35,433 bases of DNA, taken from positions 75,217,225-75,252,657 of the forward strand of contig NC_068985.1 of the NCBI RefSeq assembly GCF_001194135.2, written 5' to 3'. Source of the DNA: Octopus bimaculoides. Taxonomy: Eukaryota. The notes under the pieces were generated by a model. The model did not search any database and was not told where the DNA came from. It saw only the letters and a program-made list of their open reading frames with translations. The position numbers were made by a program, and so were the translations under genes. This document shows, in pieces, positions 24,256-35,324 of this stretch. The number at the start of each line of letters is the position of its first letter. Position 1 is the stretch's first letter.

Positions 24256-24704
24256 TATATATATATATGTATAAATTNNNNNNNNNNNNNNNNNNNNNNN
24301 NNNNNNNNNNNNNNNNNNNNNNNNNNNNNNNNNNNNNNNNNNNNNNNNNNNNNNNNNNNNNNNNNNNNNNNNNNNNNNNNNNNNNNNNNNNNNNNNNNNN
24401 NNNNNNNNNNNNNNNNNNNNNNNNNNNNNNNNNNNNNNNNNNNNNNNNNNNNNNNNATACAAAGTAAAAATCATTAAATAATGATAATAAAACGACTACA
24501 CGTATTTCATAATATTGTTTAACATTTTTCTATCTTAATATAATAAGAATTTTTATATATATTGATTTGTTATTTATTGTTGGTTGATATACACATTCCT
24601 TTTATTGTTATTATTGGTGTATTTTGACCTGAAGATTAGCTATATTTTTGAATGGAATTGATTTTCGATCGATTTAATCCATTTGAATATATTTTATTTT
24701 CTAT

Positions 24705-24970
24705 TGGAAAAAGTGGAAGTGGATTGGTAGCACAATTAGAAAAAACACACCAAATGTAGCGAAAAGTGTTTTACAGTGGAATCCGGATAGATTTAGAAAG
24801 AGGGATAGGCTTAAGAACCCTTGGCGTAGATCAACACAAAAGGAACTAGAGAAAGGGGGACATTCACGACAGAGTATAAGTACAGAAGCGAAAAATTATG
24901 TAACATGGAATTCAGTTATAAGTGGCCTATACTCCACGTTGGAGGGTTAAAGGCATAAAAAAATAATGAT
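24705..24970 (+). mobile_element. RTE-clade LINE extreme 3' end (5'-truncated)
   Basis: 24705-24950 is stop-free: WKKWKWIGSTIRKNTPNVAKSVLQWNPDRFRKRDRLKNPWRRSTQKELEKGGHSRQSISTEAKNYVTWNSVISGLYSTLEG*, matching RTE WKWIGHTLRK...WNPxGKRxRGRPxxTWRR. A/TAA-rich tail follows. Confidence 0.82.
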
Positions 24971-25149
24971 TTTCAATTTGTATTTTATTATACTTATTTA
25001 TCGTGCATTTACTTTTTTTTCTATATGTGACTGTGGATTTTCATAGATGAGTTCATGAACTGTGTTTCTTTTCTCTAAAATTATATATTTATATATTTTA
25101 TACTGTGAAACTTAATTTAATTTTAATTTTTTATAAAATGAATTTAATT

Positions 25150-25700
25150 GAGCATGGATCCCATTGGTAGAGAAGCCTTTATCCTGTTGGTCAAAAAATC
25201 ATCAACAGCAGATATAATGCCATTATCACTGCGATACTGGTCTCCAGCCAAATGTTTTTACATGCTGGGTAACAGATGATAGTCAGGCGTGACCAAATCA
25301 GTTGTTCATCAAATTCAAAGCCACAGTCACACACAGCAGCCATTGAAACCAAGGACCTGTGTGCTGGCATAGTGTCCTAGTGAAACAAGACCACTTCTCA
25401 GTGTTCTTTGACGTTTTGGTATTAATAGTACTTTGTACCTGCCTGTGAGGGTGTGGCCTTTTTGAAGATAGTCAATAGATACAATGCCATAACCTTCCCT
25501 GCAGATGGTGAAACGACCTTGGTTTTCTTTGGAGTAGAGGAGGCGGAGCGTTTCAATTGCATCGCTTGTCTCTTTGTCTCTGGCTCAAATAGATGATCCC
25601 GGCATTCATCCTGAGTTAGGAAACGTGCAAAGAAACCAGCGAATGTCAGATTTTAACATGATGTGATAAGCCTGGTGCGCTTTTTATCAGGTGTCAGAAA
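25150..25700 (-). pseudogene. Decayed mariner transposase (catalytic region)
   Basis: Minus-strand remnants FLTQDECRDHLFEPETKRQ (cf. FLTxDETWVHHFEPETKRQ), SAGKVMA, SDYHLxPSMxKHLAGDQYRSDNGIISAVDDF and STNGIHAQ, with frameshifts. Confidence 0.75.
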
Positions 25701-25969
25701 GTGACACTAATCGAATGTTTTTGAGTATTTGAGCCTTTTTTCTGTACATAATAAAATCATAGTGTCAAGAAGAATGGCTACATCTAAAGTATTCTTTGAA
25801 CAGTCAGATGTCTGTTTACCTGGATACATGCAGTACAATTATTAAGGAGAGTTGAAATTAATGCATGCAAGATTTCACAGCTCTAGCATCACTAACTCAT
25901 AATCAACCTGTGAACGTTTCAGCCCACCCTCGTATATATTTATATCTATATGTAGGTATACACACACAC

Positions 25970-26016
<47 letters not shown>

Positions 26017-27589
26017 NNNNNNNNNNNNNNNNNNNNNNNNNNNNNNNNNNNNNNNNNNNNNNNNNNNNNNNNNNNNNNNNNNNNNNNNNNNNNNNNNNNN
26101 NNNNNNNNNNNNNNNNNNNNNNNNNNNNNNNNNNNNNNNNNNNNNNNNNNNNNNNNNNNNNNNNNNNNNNNNNNNNNNNNNNNNNNNNNNNNNNNNNNNN
26201 NNNNNNNNNNNNNNNNNNNNNNNNNNNNNNNNNNNNNNNNNNNNNNNNNNNNNNNNNNNNNNNNNNNNNNNNNNNNNNNNNNNNNNNNNNNNNNNNNNNN
26301 NNNNNNNNNNNNNNNNNNNNNNNNNNNNNNNNNNNNNNNNNNNNNNNNNNNNNNNNNNNNNNNNNNNNNNNNNNNNNNNNNNNNNNNNNNNNNNNNNNNN
26401 NNNNNNNNNNNNNNNTATATATATATATATATATACATATCTTTACATACATGTATGTATGTATGTATGTATGTACGTATGTGGGTATGTAAGTACAGTT
26501 TGATTTTCAAGTTGCTTGCTTGAGTTTAGATATAAGATCCTTTACAAGAGGTCTTTAGGAAGTCCACATTTTCATTTTTAACTACTATGGCTGCAGTATA
26601 GAGAGGTTGATTAATCTAATCTATACTGATATTTATGTCTGGTTTCTGCACGTCGATGGTGGGTCCGTTTGCTTTTTAATGCATTTGTTATTTCAACATT
26701 TTGTTTCCCTGAATAAGTATTTCATCTTTTCAAACGAAAATACTTTATTGATTCCTTATATATTTCCATCTTGATATTGCTCATATTCAACATCTCCAGT
26801 CCCATTCTTTCATCTCGTAAGTCTTATATTCAATTATTCATATATATATTTTATCTAGTTCATGCTTGCATTTTAAAAATCGATAACCTGAAGGTACATT
26901 GGATATTAATATGACTGTTATACATTTTTGATATATTAGTTTCATTATATATAATTGCTTTATACTCTCGCTATTTAGTTTTAGTGTTCTTTTTTGCATA
27001 TATTGTTTATTCCCTATGTGTATTCTCTGTACGTATTATTTATTCCAAGTCTTCTACATGTATATCTCGGTTCTTTCTGATTTGGGGTATATATTTTATT
27101 AAATTATTTAGTATGTCGAGTTCATATACGATATTGACATTGGCTTTTATACAGGTGATGGCAATAAAATGATAATCAGTAGGGATCAGTCAAGTAATCT
27201 CCAACAAAATGCGTAGACATGTAAAAAAAAAATTGACCACACTACTCGTCAAATGCGTATGGTTTTCTTCCTGAGCTGGAAATCTTTATTATTTAGCCTC
27301 AGCTCTTTGCATTTGATGGTGCATACACGCAGCCTGACGCTGTGAGCTTCGCAAAAATTTCCCTAGCTGTGATCATCTTTTGCCAGCTACACTTATGAAA
27401 CATACCTCTTTTGAATGAATTACTTTCCTGGGCCATACGTTGATGAAGACTGGATGTTCAGTTTCTGAAATATTGTAAAGATTTCATAGATTTCAGATTC
27501 CGCCGAGGTAGACTTTTTCCTTTCATCCTTTCGCGGTCGATACATTAATTAGTAGTGAAACTACCTTGTGCATTCAATAGAAAGGATTT

Positions 27590-28725
27590 TTATTATTATC
27601 TTCATATACAAACAACAGATTAGATTGCTGGAAAAGGAAAGAAAATGAATCCTAACATCGGCTTTATAACAAGTAACCTTAGATGCAAAGAACTCTCCTA
27701 AATAGCACTGTTGTCTCTAATAACACTTTTTTGGAGTTATACTAAACTGGGTTTTATGCCTATTTCCTCTATCCATCTGTTCAGATATTTAGAGATAGTT
27801 CCCAATGCACCTGTAACTACTGGAATACATTTTGCCCGCACTTTCCATAGTCTGTGTAATTCAATGGCTAGGTCCTGGTAATTTGCTATTTTTCTATACC
27901 TTTCATATTGATTTTTCCATCTTTTGAAACTGTAAAGCCAGTTATCTGGCACTTACTATTCTCTTTATCTACTACTTCCAAATCAGGGCTTCGAGTTTCT
28001 ATTACTCTGCCAATCTGAATTTTAAATTCCCACATCTTGAATTTCTTAATTTCTAGTACTTTACTAGGTTCATTTTCATACCATTTATTAGTATGTTCAA
28101 ATCTTAGCTTTCTACATACCTCCATGTGCATCGCTCTACTTAGGTTGTCATGTCTTTTCTTGAACTCTTTCTGTGTCCGCATGCTACATTAACTTATGGG
28201 ATGAGTAACGCTTTCCTCTTTTGATTTGCATAACTTGCATTGGGAATTTAGTTGGTTTTTGGTTTTTGTCTATCTAGGCTTTTATCTAATTAGTTATTAA
28301 TACTTGATCTTGTACATCTACCAACAAACTTTCTGTCTCCCTTTTCAGCTTTCCTTTCTGCTACCATTTGCTACAACTATCTTTGAGGAACTACCATGCA
28401 AAGCCTTCTCCTTCCAGTCAGATAATTTCTGATCTCTTTTCTAGCTTTTAACTTCGTTTGGGTTTTTGGTTTCCCTATGTCTTGCTGTGACTCTAGCAAC
28501 TTTTAATAACCTTTCTTCACTATTACCTACACAGGAGTCTATATTTACTCTAGCTAACGCCACGCAGTCTTCTGCTGATATTAACCCTCTTCCCTTCCTT
28601 TCTAGGTAGGTCTAATCTTGCTTCTCCTGCCCTTGGGTGGTGTCCTTCAGTCATATCGAATTCCTTCCTAGTTCTTTTATCTAGCTTTGCTAATTCAGTT
28701 TTTATCAATCTACAATAGGCTGCTG
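27590..28725 (-). mobile_element. R4/Dong-clade RLE non-LTR retrotransposon, 5'-truncated (copy D1)
   Basis: Remnants LAKLDKRTRK...HHPRAG..RLDLPRKEG (post-RT), KEFKKRHDNL (CCHC-adjacent), RSPDLEVVDK (RLE PD motif) and YQDLAIELHRLWKV..IPVVTGALGTI, from ORFs 27886-28182 and 27737-27952. A short (TAA)3 tail lies at 27590-27599. Confidence 0.85.
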
Positions 28726-28804
<79 letters not shown>

Positions 28805-28824
28805 CCATCATCATCACCACCACC

Positions 28825-28880
<56 letters not shown>

Positions 28881-28896
28881 TATTATTATTATTATT
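28726..28896. repeat. Compound trinucleotide microsatellite (ATC)n-(ACC)n-(ATC)n-(ATT)n
   Basis: Visible directly; it separates D1 from D2 and is the source of the poly-I ORF. Confidence 0.97.
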
Positions 28897-31800
28897 TATG
28901 GTTTCTTTTCATCATAACTTAGTACTGGGCATCTTCCGGATGCCTAATGTAGCAAGGGCACTTTTGGTTTGTTATGCATGCTAAAATTATCACCACATTT
29001 ATTCCATTTTAGATTGAGAATGCTTTCCGTAGTATATGGGCTATGCCCATCAAGGTTATCATTCTCAACGCACAAATTACTACTTTTATTACCGTAGTAC
29101 TAAGCTTCTACATTTTTGTAATTTCAATTTGCTGGTTTTTATAGTAGGAAACCTTTGCGTATTCTTTTCTTGAGACATTTTCATCTTGTAGGACAGACAT
29201 ATCTATCAACAGATAAGTTCTTCTATTGTAGTCCTTGATCACAATGTCCGATCGATTGGAGTCAATTTTTCTTTCTGTATTGGGAAGTTCCAAAAGATGG
29301 TGACGCCCTTACCATTTACTAAATCCTCTGGATAATGCCTGTACCACTTATCATGGAATTTAATTTTGTAGTATTAACAAGCATTCCAGTGGATTACTGC
29401 TTTAGTTTGTCATGTCTTATGTGGTACTCCTTTTCGGCGAGGACCGGGCAGCCAGAAACAACATGATCATTTATCCGTGTGAATCTTCCACAAATTCTGT
29501 ACGAGGGGTCAGATCCGTCTTTAAGGACGTTTCCATGTTAGTTTCTGGTAGGTAAGCTCTGATCTTACGTAGCAATAAGAAGACCTTCTGGTTCCCCTTT
29601 CAGACCTGTCCCTTGCAGCAAGTGGTGTGTTATATTTTGCTCAATATATGGCTTGGATAGAAGGTTAGAGTATTTTCCTTGCAGGAGTTTGCCTTTCCAG
29701 TTGTCTTCGATATTATTCATGCATCGGTTATAGGTTTGTCACTATTTGGATCTCGATGGTCTTTCTGATTATTAATTTCTAAATCAGGAGAAGCAATGTT
29801 AGGTCTGTCAGTATTTAGGTGTCTTTGGTCATTCTTATTGTTAATTTGTAGGTCAATAGACTTCTTAAATTTCTTACTAAACTTCATAACTGAAGCTTGC
29901 TTGGAATCTTCATGCTTAAATACAGTTCGTAAGAGCACATCACTTATTATATTAAAGTACGTTTCAAGGCTTATTATTAGAGATTTGAAGAATTGTTCGA
30001 GCTGTAGTCAGGCCTCTTTCACCTATTATTCTTGGGAGGTAAATCCTGTCTACATCTGATTTTGGATAGTGCATCATTCGGTACCTTGTAAGGATTTTAC
30101 GGAACTTTCCATCCATATTTTGCATATCAGTGAAACTCCACTTAATAATACCGAAGCTACATGTAGTTACTGGTGTGGTCAAAGAATTGATCACATTAAT
30201 TCTGTTAACAGCATCTAATTCTGAGTTTAAGACCATTCTTATCCTTCGATAGCAATCCTTGCAGATTTTCTCTTTCATTTTAGAGTGCTTGTTACCATTA
30301 CCTTCATTGGTTCTCAGATATTTGTAGATTTCGGATTGGTCTAGGTTTCGAATAGCTGTGATAGTGCCAAATTCTATGTTTTCTGCCTTTATGAACTTCC
30401 TTGACTTGAAATACCCTTTGCACATTTATCAAGCCCGAATTCCATACCTAGATCAGAGCTGAATTCCTTGACAATATTCTGGAGCACTTCTAATTATTTG
30501 TCGTTTTTTTTTGGCAAGCAGTTTTAGATCATCCATATAGAGTAGATTATTAATTTTCTGGTCAAAGATCTTATACCCTCTCTTAGCATTACTCAATTGC
30601 GTGGATTATGTGAACAGAGCGAAACAGAATAGTAATGGTTATAATGAGTCACTTTGAAAGATACCACAGGCGATATTGATGTCAGGTGAGGTGGTATATC
30701 CTTGTGTATGGTTTAAAATGAGGGTGGTTCTCCATGAATTCATGATTACTTTTAAAATGTTGACTATTGTTGGAGCTATCTTCTAAATTTCCAAGGCCAT
30801 GATGATCCATGCATGGGGGACATTATCAAAAGCCTTTTTGTAATCTATCCAAGCGGTGCTAAGGTTTCTGTGTTTGGATTTGCAATTTTCAATGACAATT
30901 TAATGAATCAGTAATTGGTTCTTACATCCATATGAACTCCTTTTACATCCCTTTTGTTCCATTGGGAATAACTTGCTGAGGTCCAAGAATTCATATGCTC
31001 TGTTCGCTACTATAGATGTTAACAGTTTATATATCCTGGTGAGGTATGTTATGGGTCGGTATTTTGAGGGGTTAGTAGTTTCTTCTGTTTTTGGTAAGAG
31101 ATATGTAAGCCCTTCGGTAAGCCACTTTGGGGCTTTCGCAGGGTTGGGCTTGACTTCATTGAGTGCTACGGCTAAGTTGTGGTGAGTGCTCATTAAAGTG
31201 TTTAACCAAAAATTTGGAATCTTATCTATACCTGGGGATTTCCATTTCTTTGATTTGGCGAGCGCCGTTTTCACTTCTTCAGTTGTTATATTCTTGATAT
31301 TTGAGGTAAGCATTGGTCACTTCTATGTCCCTGACTCAATGTACATTCTGATTAAACTCTTTTGGATTACTCCAAATGATTTTTTTTTAATCTTCAGTTT
31401 GCTGCTGAGGAGGAGGTGTTTTCACAATAATGTTAGTTTTCCCCAGTTCCCCGTAGAATTTTTTGTGTTCTTGAATAGTATGTTTTGTCTATGGATTGCT
31501 GAGCATTTTTGTATCTTGCCAGTCGTTTGATTTTTAATTGTAGATGTTGTTTGGGGATTTCAATCTGTGAATACTTTGTTTTCTTGTGAAGATCATGTTT
31601 AACAATTATTCTTATTAGTTTGTTAGGTTTATTAGTTTTTCCTTTTCCTGGCTTCTGGCTTCAAGTAGAAAAGTTATATCTGGTCTTAGTTGGATTATTT
31701 GCCAGTTAATTCTTTCCATCCATGTAGGTTGTTTGTGAACATTGCGCGTTTTCTTTTGTCTATCTCTAATTTTAATACGGCATTTCTGAGTTACAACATA

Positions 31801-32700
31801 GTAAAGCAGCTGAGTAATCAATCACTCCGAGGGCATTTTCTCTACTGTTCTCAAGGAGTTGTATCAGCTTTCCATGTGTTTTATCAACTTCTTTCATTAC
31901 TTGTCTGTTCTTATGATATTAATAATTTTAGGAAGTGGGGAATTTTCATAGAAATGTTGATGTAGTTGTAATAGATATTATTCCAGTATTCCAAATAACA
32001 GTTCATTGCTGACGTGATCATTTACAGTGCTTTTAGTATCAACTGATGGTCCACCTTCATAAGGTTCTGTGTACCTAGTTTGCTGGTTTCAAATACTGAT
32101 TTCAGGGCTTTTTGTCTCGGGTATAAGTGAGTGTGTGTTATACTGAGCTGACTTTTGACTTATCTGACTATTTTCTCAGTTTCGTTCAGTTAGTCTTTTA
32201 TATTTTAGGATATCACATCTCACAGCTCCTAGTTTATTACTGTCCATGTACAGCCTGCTATGCTGGTTTTTGTACCTCTTGATATTGTAGATCTTTTTTT
32301 TGCGTGGTTGATGTTTCTGGGTTTAGTGTTGAATAATAATAAGCATGCATAACTTCGACATATTCCTACTTAGACCTCTTCTGTCTTGTATTTGTATCTC
32401 TTTGCGATAGGTTTGGTACTAGATCCTGAGTGTCTGCTTCGAAAATATCCCTAGCTTGATTTGCTACAGGTTCTTGAGGAGGTTGATCCTATTTTAAAAA
32501 CTTTTCGAGCTCAGTGTTAGAGCCTAAGGTCACTGATGAACGCGTTTTTCGAACGACATGGTTTCTAGGGGGTATTTCCATGGTTGGTATCCAAGGCCGT
32601 GTTATAAGCGCACAGGGTTGTCTGGTCCCTTGGGTAAGGTTAAGAGGTCCCAGGCATCATCATTTTCTGGCGAGGAGGGGATTAATTTTGAGAAATTTTT
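28881..32700 (-). mobile_element. Near full-length decayed R4/Dong-clade non-LTR retrotransposon (RT + CCHC + restriction-like endonuclease) (copy D2)
   Basis: Ordered motifs: N-terminal EYVEVMHAYYYS (about 32330-32386); KSPGIDKIPNFW and KYRPITYL...EQKGCKR (ORF 30900-31313); WIDYKKAFDNVPH; GIFQSDSL; YMDD at 30528-30539; HYPKSDVDRIYLPR (ORF 29964-30425); degenerate CCHC YRICG..DHVVSGCPVLAEKEYHIRHD (29409-29503); RLE NRSDIVIKD (ORF 29108-29293); (TAA)n tail at 28881-28896. Many stops and frameshifts; 5' boundary approximate. Confidence 0.93.
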
Positions 32701-33479
32701 AATTAGTTCATGATCTGCTGCTTAGAAGATGTCAAAAGCCAGGCCGTCTAGAATTCATGTACCATCGTAGAAAAAGGCAGATATTGAATTGAGAGCCAGA
32801 GACAGAGAGACAAAAGACAGAAGCATCATGCAGTCACCGAGCTATTTCCAGTAGCATGGCGATGTCATTGGCGGCGGCGGTGGCAGAAGTGGTAATGGAA
32901 TTGTACATGTTCTGTCAGCAGGATATAAACGCTGTCGCATGTGTGCTTGTCTCCAGGCAAGTCAGTAGTAGTAGGAGGAGGAGGAGGGGGAACTTTTTAG
33001 GGGCACTCTTCTGTTGTGCGTTTAATAGTGTTGCAATAAAAGGTACGTTTACATATTCGATTAGCCAGGGAGAAAAGAAGGGCAAAATTAGCACCGAAAA
33101 GTGTAGTTATTAAAGCTTTTTTTAATTTTCTAATGATGGTCGTTTGTGTTTTCGGCTAGAGGGAACTATAGTGTTCTTGTACCGAAAGGATGTGATGTTT
33201 ACATTTTCGAATACTGAAGAAAGGACAGGTATTCATATAAAGGTGTAGGTACTAAAGTTCAAAGTTTTGAACATGATCGTTTGTAAGTTCGGTCAGAGAA
33301 AATTGTAGATATGAAAGATTTTCAACTTGTTTCGAAGGAAATTTATAATATTCACAAGAAATTGTAAATATTTTCGACTTGTTTTGAAAGAAATTTTAAA
33401 TACTAACATGAAATTATAGATATTCTAGTTTTCTGAGAGTTATTTTTCAGTTGTTCTGCTGGTTTGTTTTATTTGTTTT

Positions 33480-33747
33480 AGGTGTTTCTGTCTCTTCGGC
33501 TGTTGGCTGATGAGAGCAGCGAAAAACACGTCCAGCCGCTTAGGCTGCGAGCTGGTTATTATTACGCCTCCCCCTTTGGGAGTTCTACTTATTTATTTAT
33601 CTATTTATTTATTATATCTTTCTCCGTTTTCTTCCTGTGTTTAGACGAACTTTCCTACCTTTTCGGACAAAACCTTTTGTAACCTTCGTCCTGTCTTTGT
33701 CCTTATATGCTTTTAATTGATATTAGCCTTTGTGGCCAATAAAACGA

Positions 33748-33750
<3 letters not shown>
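33480..33750 (+). mobile_element. Probable L1/Tx1-like 3' end (3'UTR + AATAAA) running into (ATT)n
   Basis: T-rich UTR-like sequence ending agcctttgtggccAATAAAacgaatt(ATT)n, similar in layout and sequence to the unit A end gggccttgtgcctcgAATAAAattcattt(CAT)n. Confidence 0.4.
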
Positions 33751-33825
<75 letters not shown>

Positions 33826-33853
33826 CATTATTATTATTATTATTATTATTATT
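33750..33853. repeat. (ATT)n microsatellite, i.e. the (TAA)n tail of D3
   Basis: Visible directly; source of the poly-Y ORF. Confidence 0.97.
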
Positions 33854-34715
33854 CCTTCGTAAGAGAGTGTAGAAAAAATTGCACCGGGCTCTTTAATTAT
33901 CTGTCAAGTTACAATAAGGACATCAAACAGATAATTCTTTCCTTAAGATGTGCGCTGTGCCCAGTAAGGCTGCTTTTTGAAAAACATCAATCTTGCCTCG
34001 GAAGTCTTGAAGTTTCAGTGGGATTGAGCCCAACGGTCCGATCACCACTGGTATCACTTTTACACTACTCTCTCGCATTACAGTCATGCCATTTCCACTT
34101 TCACATCGGGTTACTTGGTGATTTTTTCAACCTCTTTACTCACAACATTCATGTCATTTGGTATGGCTACATCAATGATCTGACAGTATTTGTCTCTCAC
34201 TTATTCAATATGACAATATCTGGCCGGCGCTGTTCGACTGCATGATCTGTCTGAAAAATCATAGTCCCAAAGTATTTTTCTATCTTCCTGCATAACTTTA
34301 TTTGGTACATGCTTGTACCAGTTCTCTGTTACTTCATATTGGTATTTACGACATAAGAGCCAATGAAGATACACACATTTTATCGTGGCAGTGTTTGTAT
34401 TCTTTTCGTGCAAGGCCCTCACATCCACTTACCAAGTGGGTCACATTTAACTCACGCTTTCCACAGAGTATGCATTTCTGGGTGTCAGAAGTTTTATAGA
34501 TGTTATACTTCACTGAATTGGTAGCGAGAGCGTGGTCTTGTACAACTATGACCAGGCTTTCGGTGGCACCCTTCAATCACCTCGCTGAAGCCATGTCCCC
34601 GATGCTTTATTATTCTTAACGTCTTGAGTATTCTTTTCAAACTGTTCATGCATTCTCAATTCTAGAGAGACTTCCTTTTTCTTCTCCTCAGCTCTTTGGT
34701 TAAACTCTTCCTTGC
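33854..34715 (-). mobile_element. R4/Dong-clade element, 5'-truncated (copy D3)
   Basis: KGATESLVIVVQDHALATN...KCILCGKRELNVTHLVSGCEGLARKEYKHCHDK (CCHC, ORF 34346-34576), KILWDYDF, RRPDIVILNK (RLE), VKVIPVVIGPLGSIP and QKAALLGTAHILRK. Confidence 0.9.
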
Positions 34716-34724
34716 CCATCATTT

Positions 34725-34778
34725 CATTATCATTATCATTATTATTATTATCATCATTATTATTATTATTATTATTAA

Positions 34779-34839
<61 letters not shown>
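34725..34839. repeat. (ATT/ATC)n microsatellite between D3 and D4
   Basis: Visible directly. Confidence 0.97.
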
Positions 34840-35324
34840 TCATTAATACTCACAGCTTATTTTGCTGGGTATGGTGGAAGGTGTCAGCTATCCTCACCCT
34901 ACATACCAATTCTTGCTGTTCCAAGCAATGTTGATTTTTGTAGGTGTTCTACCCTCCCACTTGCACCTATCTTTTTCGGCCATGCTGGTAGCTGAGTGTT
35001 GATACTTCCAAGTGCGCCAATTACTATTGGGACAACCTCTACTCTCATTGATCACAACCTTCGTATTTCCCTCTTCAAATCGACATAGCTACTTATTTTT
35101 TCTTCTGTCTCATTCATCCTGTTGTCACTGCGACATGCTATGTCGATTATCATGCATGTTCTTTCTTTTTTATTCACCACAACAATATCCGGTTTCTGAT
35201 GTCTGGTCAGGTGATCGCACTGAATCATTGTATCCCACAGGATTTTGCAATTCTCAGTCACAGTGACTCCATCTGGGGTTTGCTTATTCCACACGCTTAC
35301 TCACTGTAGGCTGATTTCCACTAT
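34840..35324 (-). mobile_element. R4/Dong-clade element RLE-domain 3' fragment (copy D4)
   Basis: ENCKILWDTMIQCDHLTRHQKPDIVVVNKKERTCMIIDIAC...EKISSYVDLKREIRRL (ORF 35052-35294), then VVPIVIGALGSI and QKSTLLGTARI. Confidence 0.9.

Noticed and set aside
1642-26510. Long ORFs containing X-runs (e.g. 1642-2106, 8309-8887, 17869-18853, 25865-26510)
   Set aside because: They are open only because they cross N-gaps.
27250-27540. Possible Tc1 HTH remnant on the minus strand (MITAREIFAKLTASG)
   Set aside because: Only a weak, short resemblance; no catalytic motifs or TIRs nearby.
33498-33537. Second hammerhead-like motif (CTGATGA GAGCAGC GAAA AACAC GTC CAGCC)
   Set aside because: The core words are present, but stem I is interrupted next to the core, stem II has one pair and stem III is mismatched. 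The region is better explained as a LINE 3' remnant.
28687-34995. Poly-Ile (28687-28917, 34696-34995) and poly-Tyr (33730-34245) ORFs
   Set aside because: Translations of (ATC/ATT)n microsatellites and the antisense strand of Dong fragments.
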